A stretch of 64,000 nucleotides of DNA, from the NCBI GenBank assembly GCA_041736175.1, contig JBGSUI010000067.1, positions 1-64,000 of the forward strand. The letters are read 5' to 3'. Under the pieces are notes generated by a model. It had not been told where the DNA came from, did not search any database, and saw only the letters and a list, made by a program, of their open reading frames with translations. Made by a program: the position numbers and the translations under genes. The number at the start of each line of letters is the position of its first letter. Position 1 is the stretch's first letter. Of the stretch, positions 10,066 through 20,013 are shown piece by piece. The DNA comes from Oligoflexales bacterium (GTDB lineage: Bacteria; Bdellovibrionota_B; Oligoflexia; Oligoflexales; CAIYRB01).

Positions 10066-10737
10066 ATGAAGGGCTTTTTAAGTGGTTTTTGCGGCATCAT
10101 GTGCCTGTTTGTTCTGGGCGCTTGTGGTGAGGATGCCAAGGTAGACTCTGTTGCCAACGTGCGCAGTGGAGGGGATGCCCTTGCGCCCTTAGATTGTCGC
10201 ACGAACCCCGCAAAGCCTAAGCTTGCATTAACCCAACAGCCAGAGGACTTTAGGCATGTTCCTGCTGAGGAGCTCGTTGCCAGGCATGAGGAAAATCCGG
10301 TTTCCCTTTGCGGTCTGATGCGAGCCAATCCGGACGTTAAATTGGCCATTATTCAATTCGCGAGCCTTGATTGTTACCAATGTCTCAAATGGATCGACCG
10401 GCTTCACGGTGAGATCGACCAGTATGGTCTCGATATTCTCCAAGTTCCCATTTTGAGCGGGGATCCAAACCGCTCCACTGCCGAAGATCTTTTGTCTCTC
10501 AAGGGAAGCCTTGCGACCGATGCCCTTTGGTTAAGGGACTCGACAGGAGAGGTCTGGCGTTTTTTTAACCGAGAGATTGCCACTCCCGAAAAGGTTTCTC
10601 CCATGGTTGTCGTCATGGATGGAGCAGCCCGTGGGTTTTTGATTTCGGAACCGGGACAAGGTCTCAAGGAATTTATCGACAAAGCCAACACCACTCTCAA
10701 AGTGGGATTAGCCCCCGTCGACGGGGCCGTAAAGTGA
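10066..10737 (+). CDS. Thioredoxin-fold (TlpA/ResA-like) lipoprotein
   Basis: Lipobox LGAC; IIQFASLDCYQC CxxC motif; AGGAGG RBS. Confidence 0.6.
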   Translation: MKGFLSGFCGIMCLFVLGACGEDAKVDSVANVRSGGDALAPLDCRTNPAKPKLALTQQPEDFRHVPAEELVARHEENPVSLCGLMRANPDVKLAIIQFASLDCYQCLKWIDRLHGEIDQYGLDILQVPILSGDPNRSTAEDLLSLKGSLATDALWLRDSTGEVWRFFNREIATPEKVSPMVVVMDGAARGFLISEPGQGLKEFIDKANTTLKVGLAPVDGAVK

Positions 10738-10748
10738 CCTAGAGTCTT

Positions 10749-11030
10749 CTAGAGCAATTCCATCTCAGTGATGGAGTTTCCAGCCAACTGCTCAGAGTAC
10801 TGAAAGTCGGAGGTAGGGACCACGTCATTGCGTTGGCCGGTTGACTTAAAGACATCCTGGTAGATGCCGCAGGCTGTGTAGTCAAAGCCCTTAGAAAAGG
10901 GATAATGGGTACAATCAACGGGAGATATCTCTTTCATTTTTAAGCCACAACGGTTCTTAAATTCGATGGAATTTTGTCCAGCAACGACTTGACCATGGCG
11001 GACATGGTGGGGGCATTTTTTACAATTCAT
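10749..11030 (-). CDS. Small Cys/His-rich hypothetical protein
   Basis: ATG at 11030 with GGAGA RBS; MNCKKCPHH and three further Cys. Confidence 0.6.
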   Translation of the reverse strand: MNCKKCPHHVRHGQVVAGQNSIEFKNRCGLKMKEISPVDCTHYPFSKGFDYTACGIYQDVFKSTGQRNDVVPTSDFQYSEQLAGNSITEMELL

Positions 11031-11482
11031 GGACGTCTCCAAAAAAAAGTTTGAGGCCCCCTCCCGGAGGCTGTTGCAAGCCGTGGCCAAAAACCATCGA
11101 ATGGTCAGCACAAATGCTACCTAACCAAAGACTAAAACTGGGGAATACTGTAGATCCTAAACTTGAATTGATCTGATGGCAAGTAGGAAATTGTTGTTAT
11201 GTATGGGGAAATTTTATTTTTGACAAACTATAAAAGAGCCGGCTTTAGACGCAAAAACTGGGAGTTGACCAAGCTTAAAAATAAGGCTTTCCCTCCCAGG
11301 GACTCAGAAAATGTTAATTAAATGTCTTTATAAAACCTGTGCAGCCAACCCCCCCTGGATGGTTTGATGGTGGAGGGGACGGGCTTGGTTGATTGACCGC
11401 GTGACAGACCTTTGTTAGCGTTAACAGGTTTTTGCTCCTCGTGCATCGACTCGTGGATCCTGTAACCTGAAAGGAACTGACT

Positions 11483-12325
11483 TTGGCTTGGCTCAATCGA
11501 GAAAAAGCCCCTCTTTCGAGAGGGCAACGGACAGACACTCCTGATGGGTTGTGGATTAAATGTGATCAGTGCCAAGAAATCATCTTGACCCGGGAATTTA
11601 CGGCAAACCAGAACGTCTGTCCCAAGTGCAATCATCACTACTATATTTCGGCCTATGACCGAATCTTTCATTTTGTAGACCAAGACTCATTTGAGGAGTG
11701 TGATCGGGATCTCTGTAGCTCCGACCCACTGGAGTTTGTGGATTCTAAGCCCTATTGCGATAGGCTTAAGGCCATGCATCGAAAGCTGGGTACCTATGAT
11801 GCTTTTGTGAGCGGCACGGCCCTACTGGAGCGGCGCCCGGTCCAGGTGGGAGCCTTTGAGTTTGAGTTTATGGGTGGAAGCATGGGGACGGTCGTCGGTG
11901 AAAAGGTAGCGCGGATGTTTCGCCGTGCCGTAAGCCAGAGGCAGCCCGCAGTGATCTTTACCGCCTCTGGTGGAGCGCGGATGCAGGAGGGTATTTTAAG
12001 CCTGATGCAGATGGCAAAAACCTGTGCTGCTCTTTCCCAGATGCGTAAAGAGGGTGTCCCCTTTATCTCGATTTTGACCCATCCCACCACAGGCGGGGTG
12101 GCGGCTAGCTTTGCAACCCTTGGAGATATCAATATCGGTGAACCCCAAGCTCTTATCGGTTTTGCTGGACCGCGGGTGATCGAACAAACCATTCGAGAAA
12201 AGCTCCCCGAGGGATTCCAGCGGAGTGAGTATTTGCTTGAACATGGGATGCTGGATATGATCTGCCATAGGGATGCGATAAGGTCCAAGGTGGCGAGTAT
12301 CTTAGGCCTCTTATTTTGGAGCTAA
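11483..12325 (+). CDS. accD: Acetyl-CoA carboxylase carboxyltransferase beta subunit
   Basis: LWIKC-x2-C...CPKC zinc finger, GGSMG, SGGARMQEG, PTTGGV, LPEGFQRSEYLLEHG. Confidence 0.97.
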   Translation: MAWLNREKAPLSRGQRTDTPDGLWIKCDQCQEIILTREFTANQNVCPKCNHHYYISAYDRIFHFVDQDSFEECDRDLCSSDPLEFVDSKPYCDRLKAMHRKLGTYDAFVSGTALLERRPVQVGAFEFEFMGGSMGTVVGEKVARMFRRAVSQRQPAVIFTASGGARMQEGILSLMQMAKTCAALSQMRKEGVPFISILTHPTTGGVAASFATLGDINIGEPQALIGFAGPRVIEQTIREKLPEGFQRSEYLLEHGMLDMICHRDAIRSKVASILGLLFWS

Positions 12326-12379
12326 CCTATCCTGATTTAGATTCGAGTTTATGGAAAATCAAGGAGTCCTTACAAGATT

Positions 12380-13759
12380 ATGGAACAGGACCAGGAGCTC
12401 ATGGCGCTCTTCGCCAAAAAACCACTCAAGATCAAGCCAGGTTTGGAGCGGGTCCGAGAGGGGTTACAGGCCTTAGGCACAGGAGATCTCGGGGCAAAAG
12501 ACCCATCTTGTGGCCATCCCCCGATTGTTTTGGTGGGAGGAACCAATGGTAAAGGAACCACTGCAGGCTACCTTTTTCAGCTCCTTGCCAGCACTGGCCT
12601 TAGGGTGGGACTGTTTACTTCGCCCCATCTCGTGGAGTTTGCCGAAAGGATCCAGCATTCCCACGAGCCCATCAACAATCATAAGTTGGTCTTAGCCCTT
12701 CAGAGACTTAAAAAAAACCTCGATCACGTGGCCCCCTCCCTTTATGAGGAACTCTCCTTTTTTGAGGTCAACACTCTTTTAGCCCAGCAGGTGTTTTTAG
12801 AGGTCGGGTGTGATCTTTGGATCTTGGAGGTTGGGATGGGCGGCCGATGGGATGCCACCAACGCCTTTGACCCCTGCCTTTCCATCATCACGACGATCGG
12901 CCTAGATCACCAGGAGTATCTGGGTCCTGACATCAAGTCGATCACGGCCGAAAAAGCTGGAATCATGCGTCCCGGAATCCCCGTGATCTGGGGCGGCCCA
13001 GGGGAAAGTGGCCTTGAAGCCCATTGTGAGATAGACCGGATCGCCCGAAGTGTGGGGGCAACCTTGATCACTGGTGGTGAGGATTTTGTGTTAAAGGTCA
13101 AGGAAGATGGGAGCGAAATCCTCTCTTTTTGCGGCAAAGAGTGGGCTCTGCCCGAGTCACTGGAAAAAGCACCCGACTTTCTTAAGCTGAATTTTTTAAA
13201 AGCTTGGGCCGCCTTCTGTGAACTCTCTCGAATGGGGCATAGAGGAACCTTGCCATTGGAGACACCCGCACTTTTCAAGAAGATTCCAAAACCACCCTGT
13301 CTCTGGGCACGGTTTCACGAAGTTTGGGCAGCACCTCCAGGCTATCCTCCGCGAGCGTTGATCCTGGATGTGGCCCATAACCCCCATGGAGCCGCTGCGC
13401 TTAAGAAAGCCTTGCCCAAAAAAATGCCGGGGCTCCTATCAATCCTCAAAGACAAGGATTGTAACGGGATCTTGGATGTTCTCCGGGAGGTCCTCCAGCC
13501 CTTAATCCTCTTTAGAAACCAAAGCGAGCGGGGGTTTACAAGAGATGACCTGGCCGAGAGGCATCGAGATCTAGCCTTTGCCCAGGACTTTACCGCAGCC
13601 TGGATTTTGCTCCCTTTGCTCCAAGAATCTCTGAGTTCTGGTAAAAACGTCGACTGTAACGACAAAATCCTGGTCTCGGGCTCTGTCCACGCCTTGGGCG
13701 AGGTCCTTGAGAGTCTTGGACTGAGTCCCCTTAAGGTCACAAGCGAGGAGTCTTTCTGA
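12380..13759 (+). CDS. folC: Folylpolyglutamate synthase/dihydrofolate synthase
   Basis: VGGTNGKGT, FTSPHL, EVGMGGRWDATN, LDHQEYLG, EKAGI, LDVAHNPHG; follows accD. Confidence 0.95.
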   Translation: MEQDQELMALFAKKPLKIKPGLERVREGLQALGTGDLGAKDPSCGHPPIVLVGGTNGKGTTAGYLFQLLASTGLRVGLFTSPHLVEFAERIQHSHEPINNHKLVLALQRLKKNLDHVAPSLYEELSFFEVNTLLAQQVFLEVGCDLWILEVGMGGRWDATNAFDPCLSIITTIGLDHQEYLGPDIKSITAEKAGIMRPGIPVIWGGPGESGLEAHCEIDRIARSVGATLITGGEDFVLKVKEDGSEILSFCGKEWALPESLEKAPDFLKLNFLKAWAAFCELSRMGHRGTLPLETPALFKKIPKPPCLWARFHEVWAAPPGYPPRALILDVAHNPHGAAALKKALPKKMPGLLSILKDKDCNGILDVLREVLQPLILFRNQSERGFTRDDLAERHRDLAFAQDFTAAWILLPLLQESLSSGKNVDCNDKILVSGSVHALGEVLESLGLSPLKVTSEESF

Positions 13760-16700
13760 GGCGAATCTGTGGATACCCCATCATCCTTTTTTTGGCTGTG
13801 ATGAGTCTAGGCCAGTCCCTTTGGGGCCAATCGCCAGCAAGTGATGTCGCCAAGCCCTTGGGTACGACGGCGCCGTTTTTTTTTGATTCTGAGCAATATT
13901 CAATCAACAAAGATCTCAACCGCCAAACCTTTGATGGCAACGTGGTCGTGATCGGCGGTGGAACAATGATTGCCGCTGATCGCCTGTCCTTTGACCGGAC
14001 CAAACAACGGCTGATCGCCTCAGGGCATATCACGGTGTTACATGTATCAAACAGTAGTTTTTCCAATCCCCAGACCCTAAACAGTTTATCAGGAATGGTG
14101 TTTACCGGAGATACGTTAGACTACCGCTTGGGGACGGGAGATTTTGTATTGACCCAGTCGGTGATGGTTGCCCAAGACCCTTCCCAGATTGAAACCGTAG
14201 TCAAAAGTGTTTTTGGTTTTTCACCCAATGAAATCAAGTTTGAGATTGAACGGCAAAAAAGACTAAGCGAGAATTCTCAAAAAAAGTCGCTGTTACGTAC
14301 TGAAGCGGTCAATCTCTACAAACAAAAAAGGCAACAACTCCCCGAAGCACTCGTCAGTCGATATGCCGTGTTACTGGAGCAGGGTGACCTGATCAAAGAG
14401 CAGGAAAATCCCAGCCTGGCCCAACTCGACCCAGATCGTCGCGCCAGAATCAAAAGACGGCGAGAATATTGGGAGGCTTCGAGGATATCGCCCCTTAAAC
14501 AGCCAAGGCTTACCGCACTTCATTTTCGTATTGAGGGCGAAAGCTTGGTGCGTGTCAACGATGCTGACTACCTCGCTCTCAACGCTCTCATCACCCCTTG
14601 CCGGTGCGAGGAGGGAGAAGACCCCGCATGGGCTTTTCGCGCGGGACGGATTGAGGCCCAAATGGGCGGCTATGCCGAATTGACCCACCCGATCCTTGAA
14701 ATCAAGGGGATTCCCATACTCTATTTACCTAAACTGTCCTTGCCCCTTAAGGACGAACGGCAGTCAGGATTTTTGCCCCCCTCGATAGGTTTTGAGGCAC
14801 GTTCGGGAAATGTTTTTTCCCAGCCCTTCTATATGGTCTTAGACGCCAACAAAGACGCGACGTTGACGACGGATATCTTTGAAAAACGAGGAACGAGGCT
14901 AGGGCTTGAATACCGCCTCCAGCAGCGGGAGTATGCCGGGTGGAATCTTAAGGTCGAAGGGATTCGCGATCAGTTGTGGCTTAAGGACCGTGCCGTCCGC
15001 CAGGACCTAAAGACCATGTACCAGGAGGGTCTCGACTATGCCCTTAAAAACCCCGACCCACCCACCGATGTGGACCTTGGCAAGCTACAGGCAAAAGACT
15101 ACACCCGCTACACCTTGCTTGATCGAAAGCATTGGGAAAAAAATATTTTAGAGGCCCCACTCACCGAGGACTCTGCGGCAAATTATAGGCAGCTTATCGA
15201 CCGGCACCTGGCTATCCCTGACAACGCTTGGCGCGGATCCTTTAGCTGGAATGGAGTGTCGTTTCTTTCTCCGCGACTGTCGATCGTCAGCGCCGGCCAA
15301 GTCAATTCTGACCACCGCTATATCGAAGACTTGTATGTACCAGCAAACTACCAAGAAGCTTTTTTTGGGGGCCGGGACTCACGGGCCGTGACTCCCGCAA
15401 GGATCCAGGTCCATGCAGATGGCAAAGACTTTTATGCTGGGGTCGGCTCCACCATAGGAGATCACCACCTGCTCCCCCACCGCTTTGAGGGCCAGCAGAT
15501 GCCCCAGAGGTTTAAGATTCAGTCGCGGGCACTGTCTTTTTTACCAGAAGCAAGCCCGCTGCCTGCCTATGGGCAGATTTCTTTTGAGTCCATTGGAATC
15601 CGCGAGTATCGACCACCCATTGCGAACGTGCGAGAAGCCCGTGAGGCGCCAGGGACCCCACCTCCCGCCGTGGAGACAAGCCTTGGTGATGGTAGGTGGC
15701 AAAGGGTAAAGCTAGAGCAAGTGACCCCCCTTTACCCTGATGGGATCTTTCAGATCTTCCAATTTGCCGACAGCGAACAACGGATGATCTCCCACCAAAA
15801 GCTGGTGGAAAAAAACAGCTCGTCCCGGTCCTACCGTCTGGGCGTAGAGTTTAGGTTGCCTATCGACGGCAAAGGCGTTTTACCTGAAAGCCTTCAAGAT
15901 AAACAAGATCCCTTGGCCGCCTATCGAGCGTCCTCCGAAAAATATATTCACCACCTTATGGACTGGAGGCTGCGCTTTTCGACCCGCCCTGTCGTGGTCA
16001 AAGAAGGGCTTTATACCGACCAAGGCCGCGCCGCTGAAGGGGGTGATCTGGCCTATTTTGCCACTGACAGAGTGGTCAACCCCAATAGCTCCATCGACAA
16101 CGATGTCCCCGAGGAGGAACGGATGAAGATCCACCGACGGGTGACCCTATCGACGGAGCATTTGGTCCGTTTTTTTAACCGATCTTGGACACCTGTGGGT
16201 GGCCCAGCCGTGGGACCGAGTGTCAGCCAACGGGCAGCGCGGATTGCAGGAACGCCCCACTCGCAAACGACGGGCGCGGCTAGCGATACGGAAGCTGCAA
16301 GCGAGCTTGGAGCCCCAGAGTCAAGTCAAGAGCGGGCGAGAAAAGAGCTGCTCCAAGGTTTAGGACTGCCTGTTCAAAATCCGGACGCTATGATCAACCG
16401 TGCCACGGGCCAATGGGGAATGGAACGTTACTTAAGATCTGATGAGATCTATGCCTCGCCGGTGACTTTCCGTGCTAACATAGCCTATGATTTTATAGAT
16501 GCCGAAGAGCGCGAGAAGCAGCGCCAGAGTCGACGGATTCTAGACGAAGAACTCGCCTCCCTTGAGGCCAATCCTGCGGCGGACCAAAACCAAATCCAGG
16601 CACTTAAGACCCGTAAACAAACTGAAGTCATGGCAGAGCCTTGGAAAAACCCCGATTTTTATCTCGAGCTAAACCATTCAGGCTATACACTTTCATCCAC

Positions 16701-17154
16701 AGCCATCTATAGTATTTACTTAAGGACAGCGACAACTTTTACCGCAGGCTTAGGACTCCCACCTTTTTGGGGGACAAGTCTCGGGTTTGGATACTCCCTG
16801 GGCAAAGAATACCAACAGCAGGAAAAGGACTTTAAGGTGACCACCCAACGGACCATGTCCCTTGCATCCGCTCTCACACCTTATCTGTCAGCAAATGTCG
16901 CACTGGGCCGCCAGCTTATCGAAGGCCAACCGGAAAGCTTTACCAACAACATCCGAGTGGCCACGGGTTTAGCCTATTCCTCACCGTCCCAATGCTGGGG
17001 ACTCCAGGCGCTTAGGGTTAAGGAATATGGCACCGAAGAACGGGATGCCAGCTATACGCTTCAGCTATCGATGGTGTTTATGGGACAGCAACGGACCCTT
17101 CCTAATATGTCGTCGGGAATCGTTCGTGAGATTCGAGAAGAACCCAAATCCTAA
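13756..17154 (+). CDS. lptD: LPS-assembly protein LptD-like (large, with insertions)
   Basis: ITPCRC...PAW, PILYLP...PLKDERQSGFLPP, C-terminal SQCWG. Start placed at CTG 13756 (see findings); the ORF track starts at 13792. Confidence 0.8.
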   Translation: MRRICGYPIILFLAVMSLGQSLWGQSPASDVAKPLGTTAPFFFDSEQYSINKDLNRQTFDGNVVVIGGGTMIAADRLSFDRTKQRLIASGHITVLHVSNSSFSNPQTLNSLSGMVFTGDTLDYRLGTGDFVLTQSVMVAQDPSQIETVVKSVFGFSPNEIKFEIERQKRLSENSQKKSLLRTEAVNLYKQKRQQLPEALVSRYAVLLEQGDLIKEQENPSLAQLDPDRRARIKRRREYWEASRISPLKQPRLTALHFRIEGESLVRVNDADYLALNALITPCRCEEGEDPAWAFRAGRIEAQMGGYAELTHPILEIKGIPILYLPKLSLPLKDERQSGFLPPSIGFEARSGNVFSQPFYMVLDANKDATLTTDIFEKRGTRLGLEYRLQQREYAGWNLKVEGIRDQLWLKDRAVRQDLKTMYQEGLDYALKNPDPPTDVDLGKLQAKDYTRYTLLDRKHWEKNILEAPLTEDSAANYRQLIDRHLAIPDNAWRGSFSWNGVSFLSPRLSIVSAGQVNSDHRYIEDLYVPANYQEAFFGGRDSRAVTPARIQVHADGKDFYAGVGSTIGDHHLLPHRFEGQQMPQRFKIQSRALSFLPEASPLPAYGQISFESIGIREYRPPIANVREAREAPGTPPPAVETSLGDGRWQRVKLEQVTPLYPDGIFQIFQFADSEQRMISHQKLVEKNSSSRSYRLGVEFRLPIDGKGVLPESLQDKQDPLAAYRASSEKYIHHLMDWRLRFSTRPVVVKEGLYTDQGRAAEGGDLAYFATDRVVNPNSSIDNDVPEEERMKIHRRVTLSTEHLVRFFNRSWTPVGGPAVGPSVSQRAARIAGTPHSQTTGAASDTEAASELGAPESSQERARKELLQGLGLPVQNPDAMINRATGQWGMERYLRSDEIYASPVTFRANIAYDFIDAEEREKQRQSRRILDEELASLEANPAADQNQIQALKTRKQTEVMAEPWKNPDFYLELNHSGYTLSSTAIYSIYLRTATTFTAGLGLPPFWGTSLGFGYSLGKEYQQQEKDFKVTTQRTMSLASALTPYLSANVALGRQLIEGQPESFTNNIRVATGLAYSSPSQCWGLQALRVKEYGTEERDASYTLQLSMVFMGQQRTLPNMSSGIVREIREEPKS

Positions 17155-17168
17155 ACAAAGGACGCAGG

Positions 17169-17945
17169 ATGAAAAAATTAGCCCATACCCAAAAGGTTAA
17201 GTTGGTCGGTTTTAACAATCTCACGAAATCTCTAAGCTTTAATCTCTATGACTTTTGTGTGGCGCGAAATGAATCGGAGCGTAATTCCTATATGGAATAT
17301 ATCGGAAAACGCTTTCATGCCGCTAAAGTCACCGGCATCCTTAAGGGTATCTGCGAAATTATCGAGGCTAAAGTCCTGGCTGTTTCCGACCAGGACTACG
17401 AACCCTGGGGGGCCAGTTCTTTGATCTTGATGAGTGACCTCAAGGGTGGGGGGACCGCCCCTGACGGGAGGAGTCAACAAGCAGCCCATTTGGACAAGAG
17501 CCATATTTGCGCCCATACTTATCCGGATTTTCACAATGGTGGCCGTATTTGCTCTTTTAGGATCGATATCCATATCTCCACCTGTGGAGAGATCTCACCG
17601 CTCAATGCCCTTAACTTTATGTTTCACAACTTCGAAGCGGACGTGGTGGTGATTGACTATGTGGTGCGGGGTTTTACCCGGGACGCCTCGGGTCGGCGCA
17701 TCTATATGGACCACCAGGTGCGCAGTATTCAAGACTATATCCAGCCAGATATCCTTGGGGATTATCACTGTATCGATCTCGCATTGCAGTCTGAGAATAT
17801 TTGGCAGACAAAAATGCTCCGGATGAAGCAAGACACTCCTAGTTATTTTCGCGATGCGGTGATCGTCGATGATGTCGAAGTTATGGGCTACATGGACATG
17901 ATCAATCGAGAGATGCGCGGTGTGCTGCATATGTGGCCAGAGTAA
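17169..17945 (+). CDS. speD: S-adenosylmethionine decarboxylase proenzyme (long, E. coli-type)
   Basis: GFNNLTKSLSFNLYD, HLDKSHICAHTYP cleavage motif, STCGEISPL. Confidence 0.95.
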   Translation: MKKLAHTQKVKLVGFNNLTKSLSFNLYDFCVARNESERNSYMEYIGKRFHAAKVTGILKGICEIIEAKVLAVSDQDYEPWGASSLILMSDLKGGGTAPDGRSQQAAHLDKSHICAHTYPDFHNGGRICSFRIDIHISTCGEISPLNALNFMFHNFEADVVVIDYVVRGFTRDASGRRIYMDHQVRSIQDYIQPDILGDYHCIDLALQSENIWQTKMLRMKQDTPSYFRDAVIVDDVEVMGYMDMINREMRGVLHMWPE

Positions 17946-18074
17946 GATCTTTTAGAATCTTAGAGATTCTTGGTTTAACTTATTTAAATTACAGTAAAAA
18001 ATGACTTGTCAAGGGGTTCTATCTCACTTAAAAGGGACTTAGTGGAACCTTTTTTTGAAATAGGAGAATCTCGT

Positions 18075-18338
18075 ATGCGAAGACTTATAAAACTCTGGGC
18101 CCTTTGTGCCTTCTTACCCCTTGCGGCGCCAGCAGCCTTTGGAAGCGTAGATAACAATTCCTGGGATCGTCCAGGCCACGGCGGCGGTGGCGGAGGCTGG
18201 GGACAACCGGGCCATGGTGGTGGACACGGCGGAGGCTGGGATCGTCCTGGCCATGGCGGTGGACACGGTGGAGGTTGGGGACAACCGGGCCATGGCGGTG
18301 GTGGATATCCCGGTGGCGGCCGACCTGGCCACTGCTAG
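18075..18338 (+). CDS. Small secreted Gly/His/Trp-rich repeat protein
   Basis: AGGAG RBS at 18062-18066; ATG 18075; signal peptide; repeats W(DR/GQ)PGHGGG(H)GGG; followed by terminator. Confidence 0.8.
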   Translation: MRRLIKLWALCAFLPLAAPAAFGSVDNNSWDRPGHGGGGGGWGQPGHGGGHGGGWDRPGHGGGHGGGWGQPGHGGGGYPGGGRPGHC

Positions 18339-18360
18339 ACACATCCATTCGTAAGACAAT

Positions 18361-18392
18361 CAAAGCCCGCAGCAAGGAAGCTGCGGGCTTTG
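18361..18392 (+). terminator. Rho-independent terminator (possibly bidirectional)
   Basis: CAAAGCCCGCAGC-AAGGAA-GCTGCGGGCTTTG perfect 13-bp stem. Confidence 0.8.
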
Positions 18393-18488
18393 ATCCTATT
18401 GAGTTCTAACGGCGTCGATGTATGATCAGCCGAAACCGTGTAAGGCGTTAGGCGGTCAGAGTCAGATCATTGAGGAGATTGGTTTTTT

Positions 18489-19736
18489 ATGGAAGAGCAA
18501 ACAAGTGATTTGGGGGCCGCTGGAGATGTCTTTGGTCAAGTGGATTTTTCTAACACCAAAATTGCCTTCCAGGGTCTCAACGACCGGGAGCTCTACCAAT
18601 CCTGGGTGACCTTTTCCTCATTTAGGGTCCCCCTTTTGGTCACTAAGGGGCCTCGGCTTGTGGAATGGACGTTATCCCGGTCCTCTTGGGGACGACGACT
18701 GCTGACGCCTCTGATTAAATCCACTATTTTTAGGCAGTTTTGTGGCGGCGAGTCCTTAGAAGACTGCGGGCCCACCATCGAAAAACTAAAATCCCATGGC
18801 ATCGGGGCCATCCTAGACTATTCGGTCGAAGGGGCCGGCCGGGAAGTCGATTTTATCGCTGCTGCGGCGGAGATTCGCAGGTCGATCGACCATGCCCACA
18901 AACACCAAGGGGACTTGGCCTTTGCGGTCTTTAAAACCACAGGGATTATCGAGACAGGCCTCCTCGAAAAGGTCTCTCGAGGTCAGCCGCTCCTAGAAAA
19001 TGAAAAGGCACAATGGCAAAAAGGGGTCGAGCGATTTCAGAGCATTCTCGAGCATGCCCATAGACTGGGTGTCGCGGTGATGGTCGATGCCGAAGAAACC
19101 TGGATCCAAACCGCCATCGACGGGCTGACTTACGAAGGAATGACCCGGTGGAATACCCAAAAACCGATTGTCTATAATACCCTCCAGATCTACCGGTCTG
19201 ACCGCCTAGAACACCTCAAAGGTATGCTCCAAGTCGCCAAAAAGGGCGGATTTATCCTAGGCATCAAGCTGGTGCGGGGTGCGTACCTAGAGAAAGAGCG
19301 GCTCTGGGCCCGTGCCCAGGGGAGTCCGAGCCCCCTATGGGACACAAAGGCTCAGGTGGACCAGAGCTTTAACGAGGCCCTCCAACTGGCGCTGGGCCAT
19401 ATCAAACACTGTGCCGTGGTCATTGGGAGCCACAACGAAGAGTCCACCGCACGGGCCCTGGATCTCATGGAGAGGTTGGGAATACCCAAAACCAATCGAC
19501 ACGTAGTCTTTAGCCAACTCTTGGGAATGAGTGACCATCTGACCTACAACCTCGCCCATTCCCATTATTTGGTGACCAAATATGTTCCCTATGGGCCCAT
19601 AGGGGCCGTGATGCCTTACCTAGGCCGCCGTGCCGAGGAAAACTCGTCGATACGGGGGCAGATTGGAAGGGAGTTGGCTTTGATTCAACAAGAAATCAAA
19701 CGTCGTAAACGCGGGCCTAAGAACGGGGCAGTTTGA
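18489..19736 (+). CDS. Proline dehydrogenase (monofunctional)
   Basis: QFCGGE, LDYSVEG, MVDAEETWIQ, KLVRGAYLEKE, SHNEES, QLLGMSDH, KYVPYGP, YLGRRAEEN. Confidence 0.92.
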   Translation: MEEQTSDLGAAGDVFGQVDFSNTKIAFQGLNDRELYQSWVTFSSFRVPLLVTKGPRLVEWTLSRSSWGRRLLTPLIKSTIFRQFCGGESLEDCGPTIEKLKSHGIGAILDYSVEGAGREVDFIAAAAEIRRSIDHAHKHQGDLAFAVFKTTGIIETGLLEKVSRGQPLLENEKAQWQKGVERFQSILEHAHRLGVAVMVDAEETWIQTAIDGLTYEGMTRWNTQKPIVYNTLQIYRSDRLEHLKGMLQVAKKGGFILGIKLVRGAYLEKERLWARAQGSPSPLWDTKAQVDQSFNEALQLALGHIKHCAVVIGSHNEESTARALDLMERLGIPKTNRHVVFSQLLGMSDHLTYNLAHSHYLVTKYVPYGPIGAVMPYLGRRAEENSSIRGQIGRELALIQQEIKRRKRGPKNGAV

Positions 19737-20013
19737 TTTCAGGCTCTTCGCCTTGGCGGTAGAGGACAATGATGCGGCCGATGGCCTGGACCATATGGGA
19801 CTTGGAGGTCTGGCTAATGGTATCAGCAAGCTCCAGAAACTCCTGACGACTCTCCACCCCAACCCGTACTTTGATCAATTCCAAATCAGCTAGCTGCCGA
19901 TCGATTTCCTTTTGTAAGGCTTGGGAAAACCCATGCTTGCCGAGGTGTACCTTCGGTTGAAGTTTGTGGGCTAAGCCTTTGAGATAGCGTCTTTGTTGGG
20001 AAGTAAGATCCAT
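19717..20013 (-). CDS. yhbY: YhbY/CRM-domain RNA-binding protein
   Basis: LTSQQRRYLKGLAHKL, LGKHG, ELIKV, QAIGRIIVLYR. Confidence 0.9.
   Translation of the reverse strand: MDLTSQQRRYLKGLAHKLQPKVHLGKHGFSQALQKEIDRQLADLELIKVRVGVESRQEFLELADTISQTSKSHMVQAIGRIIVLYRQGEEPEIKLPRS

Noticed and set aside
11221..11300. c-di-GMP-I riboswitch-like GACAAAC...GACGCAAA
   Set aside because: Lacks the GNRA tetraloop and receptor and a convincing P1; kept only as generic structure.
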